DNA of 63,997 nt, counting the filler, from Thraustochytrium aureum (taxonomy: Eukaryota): NCBI GenBank assembly GCA_012862495.1. It is 8 parts of 6 records of this genome, joined end to end, with 100 filler letters (N's around TTAATTAATTAA, not from the genome) between each part and the next. Parts side by side here need not be neighbours in the genome. Positions count along the whole stretch, not along the records: positions 23,882 to 30,171 come from BLSG01000260.1; positions 30,272 to 38,855 come from BLSG01000260.1; 6 more parts are not named here. One strand, written 5' to 3'. The position numbers and the translations under genes were made by a program. The notes under the pieces were generated by a model. That model was not told the DNA's origin. It saw only the letters and a program-made list of their open reading frames with translations, and made no database searches. Of this stretch, positions 24,479-34,491 are shown piece by piece. Position 1 is the first letter of the stretch. Every line of letters starts with the position of its first letter.

Positions 24479-27043
24479 ATGACGGCGTGGAGCGCGGCGA
24501 CGCTCGCCGCACTGACAGCGCTTGTCGGGCTCGCCCAGCAAGCCGACGGGCATGGCCTGATGACTGTCCCCAAGTCGCGCAACCAAGTCGCTCACGAAAA
24601 GGGACTCAACTACTGCGAGCACTGCATGAACTCGGGTGGGACGGGCACCGTAATCGCGAACGACGCGAACGGCGGCATCTGGGTGCGCAACTACCCCGAG
24701 ACGAGCGCGAGCGCCGTGCGCCACGGGTTGTGCGGCGACCCTGCTGGGGACGACAAGCACATGTTTGGGGGGTCTATCTACGGCACGCCGCAGGGCGGCA
24801 ACGTGCAAGCCGTGTACGAGCAGGGGGCTTCCATCGACATTACGATCGACGTCCGCACGCACCACCACGGATGGTTTGAGTTTTACTTGTGCGACATGCG
24901 AGGCGGGCCCACCACTCTGACGCAAGACTGCCTCAATGCAAACCAGCTGATGCGCGACCCGGAGGACCCCTCAGAGAGCCCCGTCGACGACAATTACCCT
25001 GGCCGCTTTTACATGATCCCCAAGTGCGCCCCCGGCGCAATGCTGCAGACGATGCGGTACAGGCTTCCCGCAGACCTCACCTGCGAGCACTGCGTGCTCC
25101 AGTGGTACTGGGTGACCGCCAACAGCTGCCACGGGGGCGGGTACGTAGGGGTGGACTTCCCAAACACGTACTCCGACTGCATCGGTGATGGCGGGGCCCG
25201 AGGCTGGGAGCCTCGCAGCGTGACTGGCGCTCGATGCTCCGAGGCGTCCACAACGTACCCGGAGGAGTTTTGGAACTGTGCTGACATCGCCATCATGCCG
25301 GCAGGCTCGCCCACCGCGAGGCCCGCGCCCTCGTCGAGCCCGCCGCCCGTGCCAGCGCCGACAGCCGCGAGCCCGCAGACAGCGCCTACATCGGCCCCGC
25401 CCCCGTCTGGAGGCTGCGCGGCTGCCGTGCCGAGCGGGACGGACTGCTCGACGGCGCCAGACTGCTGCCCGAGCGGCACGCGGTGCTTCCGCAAGAACCA
25501 GTGGTGGGCCGGTTGCCTCGAGTCGTGCCAAGCGGGCTGGGTTGACAACTACGACCAGCTGCCCTGGGCATGCACGCTCCTCAGCGGCGGCAGCGGGGAA
25601 GCGGAATGCGGAGCGGACGCCACGCTCGGCGCTGTCAGCAGCCAGGGCTTTGCCCGCACGCACGGCAAGCTCAAGCTGGATGGCGTGCAGCTTGTGGGTT
25701 CCCGGGGCGAGCCCGTGCAGCTCGTGGGCATGAGCTCGCACGGCGTGCACTGGTTCCCCAACTGCTACACGTTCGAGAGCATCGCTTTCTTGGTGCGGAA
25801 TTGGGGCATCAACGTGTTTCGCGCCGCCATGTACGTCGGCGAGGGCGGGTATGCGTCGAGCCGCGCCGACGCCCAAATCGTCAAGAGCATCGTCGACTGG
25901 TGCGAGCAGCTCGGCATCTACGTTGTCATCGACTGGCACGTGCTGGCGCCGGGCGACCCGAACGCGTGGCTGGACGGCCGGGGCGCGAGCTCGGGGCTTG
26001 CCATCGACTTTTGGACCGAAATGGCGGAGCTTTACAAGGACAAAGACCACGTTCTGTATGAGGTAGCCAACGAACCCAACGGGGTGTCGTGGTCCGTGGT
26101 CAAGGCGTACCACGACGCGGTCATCCCTGCCATCCGCGCCATCGACCCGGAGACGATCATCATCGCAGGAACCACAACGTGGAGCCAAGACATCCACCTT
26201 GCGGCTGCCGATCCAGTCGCCCACCCGTACAACGTCATGTACGCTTTCCATTTTTACGCAGGCACGCACGCCTCACTCTACCAGCGCGTCGTCAGCAACA
26301 TGGACCGGATCCCGATTTTCGTCTCCGAGTGGGGCACTTCTGCAGCATCGGGCGACGGGGGCCCCTTTCTGGACGTTGCGCAAGACTTTCTCGACTTGTT
26401 CTCTGGGGCGGTGGGCTCCTCGCCCGTTCGCCTCAGCTGGGCGCAATGGAGCTTTGCCGACAAGGTCGAGGTCTCTGCGGCGCTGCAGTCTGGCTCGTGC
26501 GCCTCAAGGCAGTGGGACGATACCAAGTGCTCTGGGACTTGGGTTCGCAACTATATCAAGCGTTTGGTTTTGAGCCAGCAGGGCGTGACAAACCCGCCGA
26601 CGCCCCTTGCCCCATCGGCTTCCCCGCCCACGACATTGCCGCCCACGACATTGCCGCCGACTACGATGCCGCCCACGACATTGCCGCCTACGACATTGCC
26701 GCCCACGACATTGCCGCCCACGACATTGCCGCCCACGACATTGCCGCCGACTACGATGCCGCCCACGACATTGCCGCCCACGACATTGCCGCCCACGACA
26801 TTGCCGCCGACTACCGAGAGCAGCTGCGCCCCGCTCTACAGCCAATGCGGGGGCTCCGGCACAAGCCCCAAAACGTGCTGCCAAGGATCGATCTGCCATC
26901 GTCAATCCCAGTGGTACTCGCAGTGCGTGCCTGACCCAGCACGTACGTGCAAGAACGTGCACGAGTCATGCACAAATTCTGCGTGCTGCCCCGCGTACGA
27001 GTGCCGCGGCGACAGATGGTACAAGCAGTGCTACCTAAAGTAG
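24479..27043 (+). CDS. Secreted modular CAZyme: AA15-type LPMO + Cys-rich CBM1-like + GH5 (subfamily 2-like) endoglucanase + PT linker + CBM1-like modules
   Basis: Signal peptide ending ADG then His1 (HGLMTVPKSR); GLCGDP, HHHGWFEF, LTCEHCVLQWYW, EEFWNCADI. GH5 motifs VQLVGMSSHG, IDWH, ANEP, HFYA, SEWG. CBM1-like YSQCGG..CC..QWYSQC. Confidence 0.92.
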   Translation: MTAWSAATLAALTALVGLAQQADGHGLMTVPKSRNQVAHEKGLNYCEHCMNSGGTGTVIANDANGGIWVRNYPETSASAVRHGLCGDPAGDDKHMFGGSIYGTPQGGNVQAVYEQGASIDITIDVRTHHHGWFEFYLCDMRGGPTTLTQDCLNANQLMRDPEDPSESPVDDNYPGRFYMIPKCAPGAMLQTMRYRLPADLTCEHCVLQWYWVTANSCHGGGYVGVDFPNTYSDCIGDGGARGWEPRSVTGARCSEASTTYPEEFWNCADIAIMPAGSPTARPAPSSSPPPVPAPTAASPQTAPTSAPPPSGGCAAAVPSGTDCSTAPDCCPSGTRCFRKNQWWAGCLESCQAGWVDNYDQLPWACTLLSGGSGEAECGADATLGAVSSQGFARTHGKLKLDGVQLVGSRGEPVQLVGMSSHGVHWFPNCYTFESIAFLVRNWGINVFRAAMYVGEGGYASSRADAQIVKSIVDWCEQLGIYVVIDWHVLAPGDPNAWLDGRGASSGLAIDFWTEMAELYKDKDHVLYEVANEPNGVSWSVVKAYHDAVIPAIRAIDPETIIIAGTTTWSQDIHLAAADPVAHPYNVMYAFHFYAGTHASLYQRVVSNMDRIPIFVSEWGTSAASGDGGPFLDVAQDFLDLFSGAVGSSPVRLSWAQWSFADKVEVSAALQSGSCASRQWDDTKCSGTWVRNYIKRLVLSQQGVTNPPTPLAPSASPPTTLPPTTLPPTTMPPTTLPPTTLPPTTLPPTTLPPTTLPPTTMPPTTLPPTTLPPTTLPPTTESSCAPLYSQCGGSGTSPKTCCQGSICHRQSQWYSQCVPDPARTCKNVHESCTNSACCPAYECRGDRWYKQCYLK
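26624..26815 (+). repeat. Coding 15-bp tandem repeat, PPTT(L/M) x12 plus a partial copy; O-glycosylation-type linker
   Basis: GCCCACGACATTGCC-like units are directly visible. Confidence 0.95.
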
Positions 27044-28355
27044 GAAGTACTGCATCGTCGACCTGCGCTCGCCCGCCAGCCTGGCAGAGCTGCGCCGCAG
27101 CCATGTCGCGACTCGAGCCTGCGTCAATTTGTGCCGGTAGATCCGCTCGCGCGCGGCCAGCCACCGAATTGTTCCCATGCCGGGTCGGCAGCCACTGATC
27201 CCAGGTCTAGCTCCGTCAGGCTCGCCAGCCACCCAAGCTTCGCCTGCTGCAAACAAGTAGAGCAAGTAGNNNNNNNNNNNNNNNNNNNNNNNNNNNNNNN
27301 NNNNNNNNNNNNNNNNNNNNNNNNNNNNNNNNNNNNNNNNNNNNNNNNNNNNNNNNNNNNNNNNNNNNNNNNNNNNNNNNNNNNNNNNNNNNNNNNNNNN
27401 NNNNNNNNNNNNNNNAGCAGGCAAGCATTCCTTCCTTTCAGCCAGCCAGCCAGCCTGCGGGACCTGCGTCGAGTAAGTACCGCTCTGTCTACGCAGCCAG
27501 CCATGCCCGCCGCGGCAGGCTGGGGCATCATCGCAATCCTGCCGCGAGCTGAACGCGGCGGGCCGCGTGCCGACCTTCGCATTCGCATCGGGAATCGGGA
27601 CTCTCTGCCGTGGCGTCGGCCATCGGGTACACCGGCGAAACTCTTTCGCCATCCATGACGATGGAGGGCACAAATCCACCAGCAGAGCCATCAGAGAACG
27701 ACAGCCGGCCACCGTTTCAACGCCCGTTCTGAATCTACTTGGCCCTCCTCCGCCCACTCACCAGCCTGCCGGCCTGCCAGCCTGCCTGCGATGGCGAGAT
27801 GAGAGCGAGAGGCAGGCCGCTGAAAGCTCTGAAACCGAACGTTGCGCTTGATTCAGCCCCAGCGGCGCGGAGCGTGCGAGGGATGAACGAACTGGCACTG
27901 GCATGCAAGCAAGCACGGCCGCCTCACATCTCGCGGGAACTCGGCACGGAAGCGCTCCGTGGGCCGCTTTCTTTCTTTCTGCTTTGGCGCGCTGGTTGCT
28001 TGATTGTGCGCTTTTCTTGTTGGGCTTTTTGTCGATTTTTGGTTGTGGTTTTTGTCGATTTTTTGTTGATTTTTGTTTGTTTTTTGTTGATTTTTTGTTT
28101 TTTTTTGTTCTGCGTTTCGATTGAGGATGGATCATCGGTGACGATCATCGATCGATCGCTCGGTCGCTTGGTTGCTCGGTGCCCAGCAGACCCCGAAGAG
28201 CATCGAGAGAGCACCGAACGGGCGATCGATCAACGCAGCGGAGCGAGCGCGAGGAGCAGCAGGCCAGGCAGCCAGGCAGGCAGCCGACGCTCTTGGCGCC
28301 AAGAGCCAGCAAGGCAAGCGAGCAGGCAGGCCGTCGAGGGCGGTGGGCTGAGGCG

Positions 28356-29894
28356 ATGGCGGTGGACGCGGTGAACGTGACGCCGCAGGAGGAGGACGCG
28401 GGACGCAGGAAGGATGGGCTGAGCGACCTGCTCAAGGCGAACGAGGCGACGGAGGAGACGCAAGCGGCGCGGCTGGAGGCGCTCAAGGGCAGGACCTGCC
28501 TGTGGATCACTGCTCCCGTGATTCCGATGATGAGCGCCGTGCTCATGGCACGCGTGCGCTGGGCCAAGCGACAGGGCGTCGTGATCGTCGCAGTGTTCAA
28601 CTCGCCCGAGGACAAGCTGTACTCCATTATGGGCGAGAACGGGCTGATGGACAAGAGCGTATTCGCCGACCTGCACTCCAAGGCCGTGAGCCAAAACGTC
28701 GTGAACGCCGTGCGCGAGGCCAACCTGTCCGTGGATGCTGTTTTTAGCCCGTACGAGCAGTGCCAGACCATCGTGGGCGAGGTGGGCACCCTGATGGGCC
28801 TGCAAGCCAACTCGGCTCGCGCGTACACCGTTGCGCGCTCCAAGGACCTCACGCGCGAGGCCTGCGCTGCCGCCAACGTGCCCACGCCGAAGGCCCGGCC
28901 TTGCTCGACGCGGGAGGAGCTGGCGGCAGCTCTCGAGCACGTCGGCTTCCCCTGCATTCTCAAGCCTTCCTCTGGCGCGGGCAGTGCGGGCGTGCACCGA
29001 GCCAACAACGCGAGCGAGGCAGAGCGCGCCTTTGATCTCATCATCGCCGATGTCGGCAAGAACGCAAACCTGAACTGGAACCCTGGCGTCGAGCGCAACA
29101 CTTGCCTCGTGGAGGAACTCCTGGAGGGGCCCGAGTTCGACACCGACGTCCTCATGTGGGACAGCGAGGCAGTGTACATGCGGACTGTCGACAACTGGCC
29201 TTGCATCCCGCCATACTTTCTTGAGACGGGCTCGAACATGCCCTCCTTGTTCACCCCCGCAGAGGTCAGCGCGCTAGAGTCGTACGCGATCGACTGCGTG
29301 CGCGCCTGTGGGTTCACCTTTGGCTGCTTTCACGTCGAGTCGATCTTGACCAAGGACGGGCCCCGGCTGATCGAGGTCAACGCGCGTCAGGGCGGAGGGT
29401 CCATGCAAGAGTTTAACGAGCTCATGCACGACGTCGACGTGTTCGCCAACTTCTTCATCGGCTCGTTTGGCATCCCCATAAACCCGCCCGTCACGCCGCA
29501 AAAGTTTGCGATGGCCGACTATTCGATCACCTGCCCGGTCTCCGGGATTATCGAGGACATTGACTTTGTCGACCAGGTGCGCGCGCACCCGAGCGTCGTG
29601 CGCTGCACGTCCTTTGTGAAGGCGGGCGACAAGGTCACAGGCTACGACTCGGGCTTTCCAATTTGGCTTGGCGAGATCCTCGTCAAGGGCGAGACTGCCC
29701 AGGAGGCGTGCGATATTGTCAACGAGATTGTCGAGGCTCTCAAGATCAACATTACGCCCGAGGCCAAGGGAGCCGCGCTCTCCGGCTCGGCCGAGCCTCC
29801 TGTCGTCTCATATGCGGCGGCAGAGGCCGCCGCGGAGACCGCCAAGGCCCCAGCGCCGGCCTCCGAGTCAGTCCTCCCTGCCATGGCGCTTTGA
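28356..29894 (+). CDS. ATP-grasp ligase (L-amino-acid ligase / carnosine synthase-like)
   Basis: ARSKDLTREAC, VGFPCILKPSSGAGSAGV, LVEELLEGPEFDTD, GCFHVE..GPRLIEVNARQGG, plus a C-terminal LAL_C2-like segment. Confidence 0.8.
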   Translation: MAVDAVNVTPQEEDAGRRKDGLSDLLKANEATEETQAARLEALKGRTCLWITAPVIPMMSAVLMARVRWAKRQGVVIVAVFNSPEDKLYSIMGENGLMDKSVFADLHSKAVSQNVVNAVREANLSVDAVFSPYEQCQTIVGEVGTLMGLQANSARAYTVARSKDLTREACAAANVPTPKARPCSTREELAAALEHVGFPCILKPSSGAGSAGVHRANNASEAERAFDLIIADVGKNANLNWNPGVERNTCLVEELLEGPEFDTDVLMWDSEAVYMRTVDNWPCIPPYFLETGSNMPSLFTPAEVSALESYAIDCVRACGFTFGCFHVESILTKDGPRLIEVNARQGGGSMQEFNELMHDVDVFANFFIGSFGIPINPPVTPQKFAMADYSITCPVSGIIEDIDFVDQVRAHPSVVRCTSFVKAGDKVTGYDSGFPIWLGEILVKGETAQEACDIVNEIVEALKINITPEAKGAALSGSAEPPVVSYAAAEAAAETAKAPAPASESVLPAMAL

Positions 29895-30842
29895 TTCTAC
29901 CATAAGCCTGCACACCTGTCTGCCTGCCTGCCTGCCTGCGTTGTGAAAGGGAGAGTGAGGGAACTCTTCTGCAGAAGCCCAAGCAAGTTCGGAACTCCCG
30001 GCGGCCGCAGTCGCTGCGGCTTCCCGTGGCCGGCGGCGCTCTTGCATCTCGCACCTCCCCCCGACCAACTCTAGCTAGTAGCGAAAACGAAAAATCGATG
30101 AAGCTTGCCTGTACTCTACGCAGGCAAGGCATGGAAAGCAGTACGACAGGCAAACACGAGCGTCGCCCGAGNNNNNNNNNNNNNNNNNNNNNNNNNNNNN
30201 NNNNNNNNNNNNNNNTTAATTAATTAANNNNNNNNNNNNNNNNNNNNNNNNNNNNNNNNNNNNNNNNNNNNAGTGAATCACGTCTAACGTTGAGTTCTTT
30301 GAATTCGGCGAAAAGTTCAGCATCAATGGCGTATATGAGCAACCCGATGCTGGCCCACCCCGCCTCACCATACGGGAGACCATTTTTCCTGAATATGCGC
30401 CGGGAAGTTCGCTTGACGATGTTGCACGCAGTTCTCCACATGGTAGCCCTTCTCTTGTTGGAACCTGGAGCTCACCAGGCCACCGGTCTGTAGAGAGAGA
30501 GGAGGATCACCCTTGCTTCATGTCCTACGAACCTACGAACCGAGGGCAGGTCACGGATGAAGAAGGGCCCTTGAGAACTCTGGGCCTTGTGCTTGGGCGC
30601 TAGGACTCGTGTGCTTGGAGTACCTCTGCCCTCCTCGGTCGGTGCCTCCCCTCTTTTCCTCTTGTTGTTGTCTCGCTCTTCGTTTGGGGTCTGCCGGAGC
30701 CTCGGACTCGCTGCTTGGTCTCACACCTATTTCATAGGCCGACACCTAAGTGATAGACAAGAGGCCTCCACCTTTGTGATAGGGGCGTCACCTATTTGAT
30801 TGGCAAGCACAGGAACTGGTCAGCCCACATTTAGTCCGAGGC

Positions 30843-30918
30843 GAACTCCATCACGGCGAAACCCACCATTTCAGGAACTCCATCACGGCGAAACCCAGGA
30901 ACTCCATCACGGCGAAAC
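30843..30918. repeat. Three copies of GAACTCCATCACGGCGAAAC
   Basis: Copies start at about 30843, 30875 and 30899. Confidence 0.85.
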
Positions 30919-32227
30919 TCCCGCCCGCGGCTCATCCGACGAGAACGAACGACAGCGCCAAGGACTGTTCGCGATCAAGCAGGTCTTCGCGATCATGACG
31001 AACCGATCAAGTTCCTGGCCGAGTTGAGAACAGAAAACACGCCAGCAACGCGCGGTACAACCTGCCGCGGCCATCGCCCATGAACCAAACAATACGACCA
31101 CAACGAACCCAAGCGACCCTAATCGTGAGGAGGAAGCCTTGCGCCAATGAAGCGAGCTGCATGAAGCGGCTCAACGGCGCGGATAGGCTACTCGGAGAGT
31201 CCTTGGTGACGTGTGAGAGACTCCCTGCGATCACGACGCAGGCTTGCTCGCCCGTGCAAGCCCACGATCCTCAAAGGGGCAGGCCCACACCTCTTCAACA
31301 AGGCAATTCACTCCAAACGACTCGGAAACGACCAGAGAAAACGCCAACGACCAGAAGATTGATCGCCTTTGCAGGATCAGCGGCAGCACACTTCGACGAA
31401 TGTCCCTGCCAAAAGAAACTCGCGTTCTACCGGATCCGGCTCCTCGCCGCTGCCGATGCCTACAAGTGCGACGGCGGCCGCACTGATGATAATGCTCGAG
31501 CGCATTCGCACGGACATGCGGCTGCTTTCGACGAGCATTCGGTCACCGAGCTCACTCGCACTAGATGAAGCAGCGTTCAGAGACGCGCTGTCAATAACTG
31601 TCAATAATCGCGCAACTGCCTACCACGACGCTGCGTGTGATCTGCGTCATGGGACGGGGCGGTTAGAGCGCCAGGCCTTTGTCGACAGGCCCATGTTGTG
31701 GCTCTTCCCTCGCCCTCCAACCCCTCCAGCGCTCCCGGCCTTGTGCTGCATGCTGCGACGCGCGCAGCCGTGCCGTGATTCAACCCATGTCGTTTTGTTG
31801 GTTGCTGGGCCGCGGGGCGCGCGCTGTAGTGGAGTGGCGGAGGCGGAGGTGGCGAAAGTGGCCGTTGCGCTTCCTGTTTTGTCATCCTTGGCTTGGGCTG
31901 CCGGTGGCTCTGCGCCGAGAACGGTGCGCCCTCCTTGCGCATTCCTGAGCAAGCCATCTGCGTGGCCAGCAGGGTGGAGCGAAAACCGACCTACCTTGCC
32001 GCCGGTGGTGGTGTCGATACAGCGAGGGCCGAAAAGAGCCCCCCATTCACTCAGAGCCGTGCCTTTCCTCCAGCCAGCCAGCCAGCCAGCCTGCCAGCCG
32101 ACGCACCGCGAGCAGGACCCTTTCGCAAAGGCCACGGACGAGCGTACCGGCGGCAAGGCTTGCCGGCGAAGGCGCAGCTTGCCGTGAGCGCCTCGCGCGT
32201 CTCGGCTGGGCTCGTCCGCTAACGGAC

Positions 32228-34161
32228 ATGGAGCAGCCGCAAGAGCCCAAGCCAGCGAGCAAGGGGCTCCTGACGCGGGTCTATGGCGCAGTGCTCGGGG
32301 CCGCCCTTGGCGCCGTGATCGGGGCCTCCGGGGAAGCCGGCGTCACCTCGAGGCTTGCCGTCGCCGCTGGCGTGGGGCCCCGACGCCGAAACATCAAGGC
32401 TGAGCCAAGCGCCAAACAACCGGGCTCGAACGCGACCCTTTTGGCGTCAACCGGACAGCGCATGCACGCATCGAACGTGTCCAAGTTTGCAACCGCCAGG
32501 GCCGCGAGCAGGGCCGCGCTCGAGCTCGCCAGAGCCGGCGAGCGCGCCGCACAACTCGCGCATGAACTTCAGACGGCCTCCGACGAGGCCGCCGCGCGCC
32601 TCAAGCAGCACGACCTCGGGCCGGCCAGCGACGTCGAGGGCGCCATCTTCGCACGAAAGGGAAGAAAGACGTATGGGGCTTTCCCGACACGTCCCTTCGC
32701 CCAAAAGACGACATTGCAGCGTGGGAAGAGGAAGTACGGCATGCTCTTGCTGTAGCCAAGGACCGCGGCGAAGGCCACGACGAGGTGGAGGCGGTCATCC
32801 GCCGGAGCGGGGCGCGCCTGCCTGGAGAGGTCCTGTTCAAGCTCCCTGCCCTGGGGGCAGGCCCTGAGAAAGAGCCGGCCTGCTTCAAGGCGGCTGAGGC
32901 CAAGACTTGCGGGTTTTCCGCTGGGCCGCTCTCTGCAAATTGCGACGAGGACGCGACACACGTCGAACTCGACCTCCTGGAGTCGTTCTACTCCTGGCTT
33001 CCTCGCGAAGCCTCGGTCTCGCACGGGCAACTTGACGGCGCAAATCGCACGTTTGCAGGCGAGCTGGCTTCAGAGCGACATGGGGAACGCGACAGCGTCC
33101 TCGAGACAGAGCCCTTCCAGGCGCTGTGCCGCATTGCGTGGGAGGGCGAACTTGAGCGGCCTCAAGCTTCTGCTGCCGAGGTCATTCGGCGGTTCCACGA
33201 GCGGGAGAGCGCGCTGTGCAACCTAGCGCAGCGAATCCCCGCCGACAAGGAGCTGCGCGGGCTGTGGGCCCCGTTCGCCTTTCGCGTTCTGCAGCAGGCG
33301 CATCCAGGCGTCGCGATCACCGCAGAGGCTGCCTCTGCTGTGAACGACATCATTACGGACCTTATGATGCGGCTCACCGACCCCACCGGCGGCCTCTTCG
33401 ACGAGGCAGGCAAAGTCAGCGTCGTGGACGTGTCAAGGTCGGCGCGCCTCGCCCTCGTTGGCGAGCTCGCAGAACGAGCCGTGGTGGAGGGAATGCGCGC
33501 GGCCGCAGGCAGCTCGGGGTGCGTCCCAGACCGCTTGCCGCAGACGGAGGAAGAGCAACTGAAAGCCCACCTTGTTTTCCCAATCGCCCTGATCGCACAG
33601 GCCGTTTGCAGGCGCCGGGGCGTCGCCATACAGCCGTCTGCTGCGCGATTCCTTGCGGCGGCACTCGAATACATGACGGCAGAGGTGCTCGAGCTCGCGG
33701 CAGACAGGTCTCGCGAGCACCTTCGCGACTTCATCACGCTCCGGGACGTCCACCTCGGCATCGCCGAGGACGCAGAGCTGGCGGGTTCCTTCCCGGGCCG
33801 TTCTTTTGCTGTGGCCTTTGCTGGGAGTCGCCCGGCGGAGGAGGCGCAGCTCGAGCCTGAACAGTCCATCGCTGTCCAAGAGAGGGATGCTCGGGCTGTT
33901 CGGGAGCTACAAGACGAGCAGACCAGTCGCTACGCGGCGATCCCTCGCGATGCGATGCGCGATGCCGTTCGAGGGGTAGCCAGCGAGGCGATCGGCGAGT
34001 ACGAATTCACTGCCGCTGCGCTTGACGCGCTTCATGCCGCTTGCGAGCAGCATCTGCTCACTACTTTTGTGGCTGCCTCCGAGGTCGCTTCCGCTGGCAA
34101 GCGGCACTGGCTGCGCCGCGAGGACCTGCTTTGTGTGAAGAGGATGCGCAGCGGGCCGTAA
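32228..34161 (+). CDS. Fused histone multiplet protein (N-terminal extension + H2B + H2A + H3 folds); start uncertain, probable frameshift near 32640
   Basis: H2B: FAFRVLQQAHPGVAIT..NDIITDLMMRL..ARLALVGELAERAVVEGMRA. H2A: AHLVFPI..AARFLAAALEYMTAEVLELA..ITLRDVHLGIAEDAEL. H3: AVRELQDEQTS..IPRDAMRDAVRGVA..FTAAALDALHAACEQHL..GKRHWLRREDL..KRMR. All lie in one frame. Confidence 0.88.
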
Positions 34162-34491
34162 CGTCTCCTTCCTCTGTACAGCTCGTGCTCGTGCCAATTG
34201 TCCCAGTTTGAGAGCCAGCGCTCTCTGGTTCCCGAGACCCCCCCCCCGGCGCCGTCTTCGGGGCGTGTTTGGACGCAAAAACAACTCTGGTTGAGACTCG
34301 AAAGAATGGCTGCTTTCCAGACTACAGTACTCACCTTGTCATGGTGTAGAGCAAAGATACTACTTGGCATGGCGCTGTCTCTGTTGACCGCAAGGGAGGC
34401 CCGTCCACCCTTGCGAGCCGCGCGCCACCAAGCGCCACAAGCCCCCCTTTAGATTCGTATGCAAACAGGAAACGACTGCTCACCCCCAACC

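Noticed and set aside
26624..26815. Regular short repeats resembling a CRISPR array (also 39277-39669 and 30843-30918)
   Set aside because: No unique spacers, no cas genes and a eukaryotic context; the first is a coding PT linker.
28005..28110. T-rich tract giving a hydrophobic Phe/Leu/Val ORF (similar at 16620-16675 and 49640-49687)
   Set aside because: Low-complexity intergenic or UTR sequence, not a credible membrane protein.
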